A stretch of DNA of 64,000 nt from Candidatus Saccharimonadota bacterium (GTDB lineage: Bacteria > Patescibacteriota > Saccharimonadia > Saccharimonadales > SLHW01). The translations under genes were made by a program, and so were the position numbers. Position 1 is the stretch's first letter. Every line of letters starts with the position of its first letter. Positions 1 to 7,829 of the stretch are shown one piece after another. The DNA lies in the NCBI GenBank assembly GCA_024635455.1, contig JAGXIU010000002.1, positions 172,309-236,308 on the forward strand, read 5' to 3'. A model generated the notes under the pieces. That model was not told the origin of the DNA, made no database searches, and saw nothing but the letters and a program-made list of their open reading frames with translations.

Positions 1-123
1 ATTAGGATGAGTGAGAAGGCGAGCGAGGCGTTGTTTTTCATCTTGGGGGTATTATAGCAACTCGTGGCTTACTTTTTTCACTAGCTGGGCAATTTACTTT
101 TCTCTAACGAGAAACGCAACCAC

Positions 124-156
124 ATAAACCCGACAGACTATAGTATGTCGGGTTTA
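124..156. repeat. Conserved palindromic hairpin element, copy 1 (ATAAACCCGACAGACTATAGTATGTCGGGTTTA)
   Basis: Inverted repeat AAACCCGACA / TGTCGGGTTT around a short ACTAtAGT centre. Near-identical copies at 9843, 35976 and 51600. Confidence 0.8.
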
Positions 157-181
157 GAATAGCCGTAGATATGTAACTCAA

Positions 182-210
182 TTGACAGATATGATTGCAC
201 GTGTTATTAT
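182..210 (+). promoter_or_regulatory. Sigma70-like promoter TTGACA-17-TATTAT, 9 nt before the ATG at 220
   Basis: TTGACA at 182-187, 17-nt spacer, TATTAT at 205-210. No Shine-Dalgarno fits between the -10 box and the start codon. Confidence 0.45.
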
Positions 211-219
211 AGTAGTACT

Positions 220-582
220 ATGACACATAAAAATGAAACACACGAAACACGAATGGATACCGGAGAGGGTATCCTTGGGCTTCGGGCTAGCCAACATGAG
301 CTAGAAATAGCTAAGAATAATCCCCCAGTTCCGCTTACAGAGACAGCAATTAAATCAGAAGAAGCATTTATCAGGGACGGTCAGGGAGAAATTGGTGACC
401 CAATTATCGATACACGCGCTTATTTAGCAGCTCAGAAGAATAAATATCCAAAATATATCGATACAGTTGATTTAGACCTTGAAGATGGCGAGGTTGTAAA
501 GATCGTCGACCGTGATGGTATTGAAGTACGGATCGGCGATGTAGCAGTAAACCTATCCGGCACCGATAAGCCGACTGAATAG
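220..582 (+). CDS. Hypothetical acidic protein (120 aa)
   Basis: Intact ORF with a promoter-like element directly upstream. No motif recognised. Confidence 0.5.
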   Translation: MTHKNETHETRMDTGEGILGLRASQHELEIAKNNPPVPLTETAIKSEEAFIRDGQGEIGDPIIDTRAYLAAQKNKYPKYIDTVDLDLEDGEVVKIVDRDGIEVRIGDVAVNLSGTDKPTE

Positions 583-595
583 AGTTAACCTGTTC

Positions 596-1066
596 TTAAG
601 ATGCTTCAGTCGGTAACTTATCCTTAAGCTTAGTCAGGCGTGGCAGGAAGCTTTGTGCTGCACCATCTAAGCCAAGGATCTTGAGCGCGCCGATGAGCAC
701 GTACAGTTCGTCAATGTGAGCCTGATTGATTTTTGACTCGGTTTCGACTTTTTTTATGTAATACTCGATTTTTTCTATCAGCCACTTTTCTTCACTTGGT
801 TGTATCTGGTTGGTTTGAAGTTTAGTTTGAGCATCGGTACTGACGACCTCGAGCGAACGAGCGGCGTGATCTCGCTTTTGTAGGTGCCCACGATCGATTA
901 GGTTTTTGATGTGTAGAGACACCGTGGCTATAGAGTTATAACCCATGCCGGTTTTTATCTCACGGTAGCTTGGGCTATAACCATGTTCAGTAATAAACGA
1001 TTCAATAAAGCTAAGTAGCTCTTGCTGTTTTTTGGTTGGACGAACGGTTTTGCCTGGTTCACTCAT
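596..1066 (-). CDS. LexA-like winged-helix DNA-binding protein lacking the S24 peptidase domain
   Basis: The N-terminus LLSFIESFITEHGYSPSYREIKTGMGYNSIATVSLHIKNLIDRGHL resembles the LexA N-terminal DNA-binding domain. The C-terminal 80 aa look helical, with no Ala-Gly cleavage site or Ser/Lys dyad motif. Confidence 0.6.
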   Translation of the reverse strand: MSEPGKTVRPTKKQQELLSFIESFITEHGYSPSYREIKTGMGYNSIATVSLHIKNLIDRGHLQKRDHAARSLEVVSTDAQTKLQTNQIQPSEEKWLIEKIEYYIKKVETESKINQAHIDELYVLIGALKILGLDGAAQSFLPRLTKLKDKLPTEAS

Positions 1067-1077
1067 TACATTCTCCG

Positions 1078-1578
1078 TTATTTTGAGCGTTTTTTAGGCG
1101 GACGAGTCGATAGGGTCGGCATGGCTGTTTTCCTGGCGGGGTTAATATCATGAGGCTCGGCACTCTTCTTCTTGAATACCCAGTATTTGAATAATAAATA
1201 GTTGTACACGGTAAAGAATCCAGCGCTAACAAACTGTCCAATGTAAGGAGACACGTCAGCCAGCTCGTACAAACCGCCAACAATCGCTAGGTCTATTAAA
1301 AAATTGGTGAACATGAGGCCGTAGTACTTCTCTGCAGATGCATGGATTTGCTTTTTTGACAGTCGTTTTCTACCAAAAACCCAGTAGCGCTGCAGGTAGA
1401 AGTTGACCATGACACCTAATCCATACGACAACACACGGTTTGGCCAAAACGGTACCTTAAAAACGATGTCAAACAGCGCAAAGGCGCCGTAGCCGCTCCA
1501 GAACTGGGCTCCGCCACTTATCATGTACTCAATGATGCGCTTGAGTTCTTTTTTGTATTTATATTTTAGTTTTGGCAT
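1078..1578 (-). CDS. GtrA-family membrane protein
   Basis: Four predicted TM segments. The motifs YLQRYWVFG and LFKYWVFKK are typical of GtrA-like proteins. Confidence 0.7.
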   Translation of the reverse strand: MPKLKYKYKKELKRIIEYMISGGAQFWSGYGAFALFDIVFKVPFWPNRVLSYGLGVMVNFYLQRYWVFGRKRLSKKQIHASAEKYYGLMFTNFLIDLAIVGGLYELADVSPYIGQFVSAGFFTVYNYLLFKYWVFKKKSAEPHDINPARKTAMPTLSTRPPKKRSK

Positions 1579-1691
1579 AGATGTTTTTATTGCTTATCTG
1601 ATCTTTAGGTTTAAGTATAGCAAACCATGTCATTAGTTGAGCGTGCTTTACTGGCAACTTATAATAGAGACATAATCAGGAGGTTTTAAGT

Positions 1692-2363
1692 ATGAAAACA
1701 AACCAAAACGGATTCTCTGCACTTATTGTTATTTTGATACTTATTATCATTGGCCTACTTGGCGTTGGCGGGTGGTATTTTTGGTCAAACCAAGAAGACG
1801 AGCAAGAAACTACAGAGCCGGTAGCGACTGAGCAACCTGAAGATAGCCCCAGTGAGTCGTCAGAGCCAGCTGAAGATACTCAGCTGATTCCTGATGGCTG
1901 GGTGCGGTATAGCAATACTGAAATCGGCATAACATTCCTCTATCCGCAGGATTGGGGCGAAGTTGTGCGAGCTGAGTTTGATGACCAGGGTAACAGTGAC
2001 TACTTTGGCTTCAGTGAGTTTGATCCAGTGTCAGTCGGCGGCCTGCAGGCTGATTACGAAGTTAAGCCTCGCGGTGGTACGTTAATTGATCCAGGTGGCT
2101 TTTCTGTGGCAGCTGACGGTGCTATTCAATTTCAAAATAGAGACGGCAGCGTGGCTGGCCCCGCAAGCAGTGAGTACACGCTTGTTGATGGCGACAATTG
2201 TATTATGGCGCTTGGAACACAGTTTTTCGATACGCTCGCTTACCACGCAACCTGCAATACACCGAGCGATGTAACGCCTGGATTTAACTTTGCAGCTCAG
2301 GACAGTAGCTTGGTTGATGTGGCAGTGTTTGAGCAGATGGTAGAGAGTTACGAAGTACTGTAA
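1692..2363 (+). CDS. Hypothetical N-terminally membrane-anchored / secreted protein
   Basis: AGGAGG RBS 8 nt upstream. Hydrophobic N-terminus ALIVILILIIIGLLGVGGWYFW followed by an acidic linker. Confidence 0.55.
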   Translation: MKTNQNGFSALIVILILIIIGLLGVGGWYFWSNQEDEQETTEPVATEQPEDSPSESSEPAEDTQLIPDGWVRYSNTEIGITFLYPQDWGEVVRAEFDDQGNSDYFGFSEFDPVSVGGLQADYEVKPRGGTLIDPGGFSVAADGAIQFQNRDGSVAGPASSEYTLVDGDNCIMALGTQFFDTLAYHATCNTPSDVTPGFNFAAQDSSLVDVAVFEQMVESYEVL

Positions 2364-2418
2364 TCTAGCAAATACAAAAGTTTCGGTTCTGCTATTGAGT
2401 AGCTATACTTAGACAAGT

Positions 2419-3213
2419 ATGAATATTATTGAGGCATTGCTATTGGGCTTAGTGCAAGGTGTGACTGAGTTTATTCCAGTATCAAGCTCTGGCCATTTGC
2501 TGCTCGGGCAAGAGTTATTTGGCGTGGATGGTGGTGGCTTACGTTATGATGTAGCGCTACACATTGGTACGTTAGTGGCAATACTATTGTTTTTTTGGCG
2601 GGACTTATACCAAATCATAAAAGATGTTATCTATGGCGGGGCGTACCGGCGAGTTGGCTGGTTCTTGGCTATTGCTACGTTGCCAGCGGCGTTTTTTGGC
2701 GCCTTACTGCAGGGCGCAGCTGAGTCAAGCTTCAGGAGTGGCTATTTGGTAGCTTTTAACTTAGCGTTTGTCGGACTATTAATGCTGTTGGCAGAACGTC
2801 TGGCGACGAAGCAACCGCAAGTTGATGTGAAGCAGACAAATCTCACGCAGGCACTGGTTATAGGGTTTTCGCAAGCCTTGGCGTTAGTACCCGGTGTGTC
2901 ACGTTCTGGTAGCACCATTACTGCCGGTTTGTTTATGGGGCTTGATCGGGTTGCGGCGACGCGCTTTTCGTTTTTGTTGGCAGTTCCCATAATGATTGGC
3001 GCAATACTGAAGGTCGTCGTGTTCGATAGTGGATCAGTAGTGGACAGCACTGGCAGTGGTGTACTGTTGGTTGGCATCGGTGCGTCGATGCTCAGCGGCT
3101 TGTTGGCAATCCGATTCTTGCTTCGTTTCTTAGCTCACCATAGCCTCGCTACATTCGCCTATTATCGTATTGGTTTGGCGGTGATAACGGTGGTATTTTT
3201 GACTATCCGTTGA
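2419..3213 (+). CDS. uppP: Undecaprenyl-diphosphate phosphatase
   Basis: GVTEFIPVSSSGHLLL motif. Polytopic membrane protein of about 264 aa, typical of UppP/BacA. Confidence 0.9.
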   Translation: MNIIEALLLGLVQGVTEFIPVSSSGHLLLGQELFGVDGGGLRYDVALHIGTLVAILLFFWRDLYQIIKDVIYGGAYRRVGWFLAIATLPAAFFGALLQGAAESSFRSGYLVAFNLAFVGLLMLLAERLATKQPQVDVKQTNLTQALVIGFSQALALVPGVSRSGSTITAGLFMGLDRVAATRFSFLLAVPIMIGAILKVVVFDSGSVVDSTGSGVLLVGIGASMLSGLLAIRFLLRFLAHHSLATFAYYRIGLAVITVVFLTIR

Positions 3214-3239
3214 CGTATCTGTAGCACTAGCGGTATTAT
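3210..3239 (+). promoter_or_regulatory. Promoter-like TTGACG-18-TATTAT, 10 nt before the ATG at 3250
   Basis: Hexamers read directly from the sequence. The -35 box overlaps the uppP stop codon. Confidence 0.35.
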
Positions 3240-3249
3240 AGATAAACAT

Positions 3250-3735
3250 ATGGCAAAAACATCTGTGTCGAGTAATAAAAGTAGCGCTCCAGTAGCGAAG
3301 ATAATCATTGGCGTAATTCTTCTGGCATCTCTTGCTGGCAACGGCTTTTTACTTTGGCAATATCAAGAAAAAGAATCTGAGCTAGAAACTGCTAACCAAA
3401 CTATCGAGCTTTTTAAGAGTGACCCAGGCGCAGCTGAAGAAGCCAGCGTACAAGAATACATTGATCAGGTTGGGAGAGTATATAATTTGCCGGAAGGCGA
3501 AACGCCGAGTGTTGCCACAGTTGAGGATAAAGAATTACTTGCTGATCAGCCATTTTTTGAACGAGCCGAGAACGGGGACGTTGCGTTGATCTATCCTGAG
3601 GCTCAACTCGCAGTATTATATCGGCCGAGTACTGCTCAGATCGTCAATGTGAGCAGTCTAGAGATCGATGACAACCCTGACGCCCTAGACGTTCAAACGC
3701 CAGAAGCTGAGTCAAGCGGGCCACTAGAAGAGTAG
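3250..3735 (+). CDS. Hypothetical membrane-anchored protein
   Basis: Single N-terminal TM segment (IIIGVILLASLAGNGFLLW) and an acidic C-terminus. Confidence 0.5.
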   Translation: MAKTSVSSNKSSAPVAKIIIGVILLASLAGNGFLLWQYQEKESELETANQTIELFKSDPGAAEEASVQEYIDQVGRVYNLPEGETPSVATVEDKELLADQPFFERAENGDVALIYPEAQLAVLYRPSTAQIVNVSSLEIDDNPDALDVQTPEAESSGPLEE

Positions 3736-3797
3736 TGCCTCCGTACCCTCACTTCGCTTTTTTTTGAGAATCATCGTATAATGCTCTTTAAGGGTAT

Positions 3798-4511
3798 GTG
3801 CCCATGCTAAATACATACAGACACAATCAACGAACGAGAAAAGTCAAAGTTGGCTTACTCGTGGCTAGCTTTTTATTTGGGATAGGCGGTATATTGCTTG
3901 CTGGATTTTTTGTTTATAACGATTTGCGGAACAACCAGGCAGAAGTTGTCGAAGGAGAGGGTCGCACAGTCGCGCAAGTACTCAGCGATAGTGATGTTTA
4001 CTTTGTGCATGAGCCAGATTTCGACTTTGAGCTGCCCAGTGACTGGCGAGAGATAGATAGAGTTAACTCGCCAAACGAACAAAGCATCACCTGGCAAGCG
4101 ACACTCAAGGATGAGGATAATCGGTATTTGACGTTATATATAAATACGATTCCGCAAGATCCAGTTGTCCGACTATTACCTGTCACTGTTACAGAAAATC
4201 GTTTGCAGCGAGGACAGCTATCACCAAATTGCTCGAGCTTTACTGGTAGTGAAACTTTAGATAGGGATGAGCGCAGAAATGAACCACCAGCTCAAACTAA
4301 ATGGGCGAATACTGACTTTATATGTGATGTCGGTAGAATCGTTAATGAGAACATTATTGGCACTGGTCAATCAGGCGAACCGATAAACACCATTACGATT
4401 ACAGGCGAAGAAAGCGGCACTAATAAGTACTTCTTCTTGTATGAGGATAGAAATGTGCGGCCGAATTTTGATATTTTGTACAATGCTGTGAATACGTTTT
4501 TTGCGAAGTAA
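3798..4511 (+). CDS. Hypothetical membrane-anchored protein
   Basis: N-terminal TM segment (VGLLVASFLFGIGGILLAGFFVY). The start could be the ATG at 3804 rather than the GTG at 3798. Confidence 0.5.
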   Translation: MPMLNTYRHNQRTRKVKVGLLVASFLFGIGGILLAGFFVYNDLRNNQAEVVEGEGRTVAQVLSDSDVYFVHEPDFDFELPSDWREIDRVNSPNEQSITWQATLKDEDNRYLTLYINTIPQDPVVRLLPVTVTENRLQRGQLSPNCSSFTGSETLDRDERRNEPPAQTKWANTDFICDVGRIVNENIIGTGQSGEPINTITITGEESGTNKYFFLYEDRNVRPNFDILYNAVNTFFAK

Positions 4512-4790
4512 TTATTAAGGGTTAGAAAATAGGAAGTAGTAATTAGCGAGGCTCGTTCTCGACAGGGCGAGCTACCTTTACTTTATGATGAATAAGGTCA
4601 AGGATTGACTAAACTCGAAGGCTTCTCCGCTGATGAAATCAGTTTTTTGAAGCCCGAACAGAAGACACGGGGCTTTAAGTGGGTTGAGGTTGGGTTTGTG
4701 TGATAAATCAGTTCTATGATTGCTAAAAATACTACATCTAGTGTAGGGCTTATACGCTATACTACTAGGCATAGGCAAATTACCAATTTA

Positions 4791-4925
4791 TGCTGGAAGT
4801 AGGTGAAATTCCTACACTGTGCCGCAACGGTGAAAGTCCGATACAGCAAGAAAAGACTCCCGAGCAGGAGCAACTGTTGTCACCTTCCTGGTGTGACCGT
4901 CTATTCTGCTAAAGGAGCATAGGCG
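4791..4925 (+). promoter_or_regulatory. Candidate cobalamin (B12) riboswitch, compact class-II-like core plus expression platform
   Basis: UGCUG-GAAG-UAGG-UGAAAUU-CCUA-...-GCCGCAACGGUGAA-AGUCCGAUA-CAGCA. This contains a GGUGAAAUUCC loop, a CGCAACGGU segment and a B12-box-like AGUCCGAUAC. The 5' UGCUG (4791-4795) can pair with CAGCA (4843-4847). An AAGGAG RBS (4912-4917) lies in the downstream hairpin region. Confidence 0.5.
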
Positions 4926-4930
4926 ATACA

Positions 4931-6298
4931 GTGTTACAACTAGCAACCCATCCAGAAGTAGAAAAGTTTGAGCAGGGGCCGCGCATCGATCGGTGGCTAC
5001 TTGCAGAACAGGCCCGGCCGATTGAGTCCGATATTGCTCGAAGCCGAGCGCAAAAATTACTCGGTTCTCTCGCGGTAAATAATGTAGTTGACGTTAAGCA
5101 GGCGCAAGAAGAGACCAGTAGCAACACGACGCTTTTATTTGCAACACAGGCAGCTCGTATGGGTGATCAAGAATCACGGCATGCAGTTGAGCAGAACGTG
5201 CAGACCAATGTAGCTGAGATTTTATATAAGGCAGGACACCAAACCAGCGTATTCTTGACATATGCAGATGGCCAGCTTGCGCAATCGGGTCGCTCACTTG
5301 CCGATATACAGGCAAATACCCTTCGCTACACTACATTGAACCCATTAATGCGCCGTCGTTCAGAGCAAGAGCTTGAAAACGTGTTTTCATTTGAGGAGTT
5401 GCTTGGGTCAGGGGCGCTAGAGGATTATGACGCAGTAGTGTTCTCATTAGCGCCAAATGATGAAAAAACCAAGCGTGATTATGGGTTTTTTAGCGACACT
5501 GACACTTGCTCAATTCAGATGTTGCGTCATAGGGATGGTAGCGACGTTGAGCTACAGACTGCACTGGTAGCCGGCAAGCCATCAGCATATGCTACCCGAC
5601 ATGACTCGCAGGCAGTTGAGTATATAGCACAACAAAATGGTGCTAGCTATAGTCTAGATAGCGAGGAAGACGGTCTGCGTCAGATTTTACTTATACCAAA
5701 AACAGCTGCACCAAATGGCGTTGTCGATATCGTGGCACAATACGATTGGGCGATCGGTGGTACATTTTATGGTGAGCAACAGACACATTCGCAGCCAATA
5801 GACTACGTGGCCTACGCCGAACAGTGCGAACAGAGAAATCGTGACTTTGATGTAGTGGTCCAGCAGGTCACTGACCAGTTGCTCACTGAGGCGCATAGTT
5901 TCACCTCACCGGTACAGGCAATTAAACGGCTTCATAAGCTGACCGAACAAGCTTTGGTTACGGGCGCAATCAGCGATGAATCTATCGATGTGCGGGTATT
6001 TGGAGCAGAGTCAGCAGGTTATATAGATGCCGCTCGACTTATGAGCCAGCAAGGTGATGCAGAGAAGGCACTTGACCTACAAATGAAAGCTATTAAAACA
6101 GCAGCTTCTAGCTCGTGTCCAATGTTTAATGGTGGTGAAACCGATGGTACTACCGATAATCCGTTATCGCTTAACGGTATATTTGAAGATAAGTATGGCT
6201 CGCTAGAATTTAGGTGTAAACATGGACATAATAATAAGCGACCGAGAAATAAATTGATTGAAAAATGCCAGCATTGTGGCATCAGTGTTCGGTGTTAA
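4931..6298 (+). CDS. Hypothetical protein (455 aa) with a C-terminal zinc-ribbon-like motif
   Basis: GTG start 13 nt after AAGGAG. The C-terminus reads FRCKHGH...CQHCGISVRC. No recognisable catalytic domain. Confidence 0.6.
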   Translation: MLQLATHPEVEKFEQGPRIDRWLLAEQARPIESDIARSRAQKLLGSLAVNNVVDVKQAQEETSSNTTLLFATQAARMGDQESRHAVEQNVQTNVAEILYKAGHQTSVFLTYADGQLAQSGRSLADIQANTLRYTTLNPLMRRRSEQELENVFSFEELLGSGALEDYDAVVFSLAPNDEKTKRDYGFFSDTDTCSIQMLRHRDGSDVELQTALVAGKPSAYATRHDSQAVEYIAQQNGASYSLDSEEDGLRQILLIPKTAAPNGVVDIVAQYDWAIGGTFYGEQQTHSQPIDYVAYAEQCEQRNRDFDVVVQQVTDQLLTEAHSFTSPVQAIKRLHKLTEQALVTGAISDESIDVRVFGAESAGYIDAARLMSQQGDAEKALDLQMKAIKTAASSSCPMFNGGETDGTTDNPLSLNGIFEDKYGSLEFRCKHGHNNKRPRNKLIEKCQHCGISVRC

Positions 6299-6311
6299 AA
6301 TAGAAGCAGAA

Positions 6312-6482
6312 ATGATAGATAAGCACGACCAACAGTATAAAGAGCTCGTTGATGAACGTTCGCCAGAACTGTTTTGTGATTCCTGCGGTCATTATCCGAT
6401 TATGCCATTGCACGGCCATTTCGTGTGCCCAGAATGCAAAATGCCAACGAAGTGCTGTGAGGGAATACCGGCTGATGTCTAA
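6312..6482 (+). CDS. Small zinc-ribbon protein (56 aa; alternative start at 6258)
   Basis: CDSCGH...CPECK, i.e. two CxxC pairs. Its stop overlaps the start of the next gene (ATGTCTAA). Confidence 0.45.
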   Translation: MIDKHDQQYKELVDERSPELFCDSCGHYPIMPLHGHFVCPECKMPTKCCEGIPADV

Positions 6483-7224
6483 GGCGACGACGAGTCGTGA
6501 AAATAAGGACGCCCCGCCCCGCCATTGGAGTAGTCGTTTCTTACGTATAACGTTATGGACAATCAGCGTGTTTCTTGTGTTGCATCTTGCTGGGCAGGTG
6601 CTCACGCGGTTTTTCTTTCCAGACAGTGTGTTCTGGGATGAAGTGACCTGGCGCTTCAACGTTGATTTGGAGCTGAATGTGACAACGTGGTACGCCTCGT
6701 TTCTCGCAGCGGTGGCCTCTTTGAGCGCAGTGTTTGTAGCGTCCCAGTATCGTCATTATCGAACAGACAGACTCCCGTTGACTGTCTGGGCTTTGTTGGC
6801 AGCGGCCTTGCTTGTCGTGTCTATTGGCGAAACTGCCAGTTTTCACGAGCTGTTGCTGCAGCTGTTGCACGTGCAAGCTGAGCTTGGCACTGTGCCGTCG
6901 TATAAATCAAACGCCTGGTTGTTTGTAATTCCGGTGATTGCTCTTGGGGCTGCTGCTGGCTTGGGGCTCGTGCACCGCGCCATGCCTCACCGTACTTTTG
7001 TGCGCATTACTGTCGCTGCGTGTATCTATCTGACGGGTGCTGTCGGCGTGGAGTACATTAGCATTCCGATTAGCGATGAAAGCCTTATGTATAACTTTTT
7101 CCTGACGCCCCTAGAAGAGGGCCTTGAGATGGTAGGCATGTGGTCGGTGATACGAGCGATGTCTTTACACGTTCGTGAGGCGTTGCCGGATGTCGATAAA
7201 CAGGTACAACAACTATGGCAATAA
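6474..7224 (+). CDS. Hypothetical polytopic membrane protein (about 250 aa)
   Basis: The ORF track extends to 6349, but that N-terminal extension overlaps the zinc-ribbon ORF. The ATG at 6474 (MSKATTSRENK...) precedes about six hydrophobic segments. Confidence 0.55.
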
Positions 7225-7829
7225 ATCAGCGTATTGGTATCTTTGCTGGAAGCTTTGATCCGATTCATAAGGGTCATATTATGTGCGCACAACGCGCTAT
7301 GGAGCAGCTCGGTTTGCAACGTGTGCTCTTTGTTGTTGAGCCACGGCCACGTCGTAAACAGGGAGTTAAGGCGTTTGAGCATCGTAGTGCAATGGTGCAA
7401 CGTGCGATTGCTGATTTCGAAGGCTTTCAACATATCTTGATAGACGACCCGTACTGCACTACCACCGAGACACTACCGATGTTACGTGAGCGTTTTCAGG
7501 GCAGTGAACTATATGTACTGATGGGGGATGACGTAGCCGAGCACATAGCTCAATGGCCACAAGTTACCGAACTCCTCAGCAATGTTCAGCTTGCCGTTAT
7601 ATTGCGCACACTAAAAAGAAATCAGCTTGAGCAGCGCTTAGAGAAGCTGGCTACTGTGACCAATCAGAAGCCTCGAGTGCACATCATAGACGGAATAGGC
7701 GCACCAATTAGTTCAAGTAAAATACGAGCGCAACTAAAGCACGAGGGCACCTCAGATATGGTACAGCCACACGTCTTAGATTATATTCGAAAGCAAAATC
7801 TCTATGGATCAAGCGGCTTAGCTTCGTAG
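7215..7829 (+). CDS. nadD: Nicotinate-nucleotide adenylyltransferase
   Basis: GIFAGSFDPIHKGHI (the (H/T)xGH motif) and the C-terminal ISSSKIR motif. Confidence 0.85.
   Translation: MAINQRIGIFAGSFDPIHKGHIMCAQRAMEQLGLQRVLFVVEPRPRRKQGVKAFEHRSAMVQRAIADFEGFQHILIDDPYCTTTETLPMLRERFQGSELYVLMGDDVAEHIAQWPQVTELLSNVQLAVILRTLKRNQLEQRLEKLATVTNQKPRVHIIDGIGAPISSSKIRAQLKHEGTSDMVQPHVLDYIRKQNLYGSSGLAS

Noticed and set aside
1692-1790. Type IV pilin-like prepilin signal at the N-terminus of the 223-aa protein (NGFSALIVILILII).
   Set aside because: It lacks the conserved Glu at +5 after the G/F cleavage site and the usual GF(T/S)LIE pattern. I treat it as a plain membrane anchor.
4512-4930. RNase P RNA, suggested by GGUGAAAGUCCG (4829-4840), which resembles the P4 GAGGAAAGUCC motif, in a 420-nt intergenic region.
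   Set aside because: The motif sits only about 90 nt from the downstream CDS. No ACAGAA.CCGGCUUA 3' P4 strand or GGGUGAAA J11/12 element is present. The local context fits the cobalamin riboswitch core much better.
6349-6473. N-terminal 42-aa extension of the membrane protein ORF (track start 6349).
   Set aside because: The extension lies entirely over the zinc-ribbon ORF in another frame and is Cys/Arg-rich with no RBS. The ATG at 6474, coupled to the upstream stop codon, is the more plausible start.
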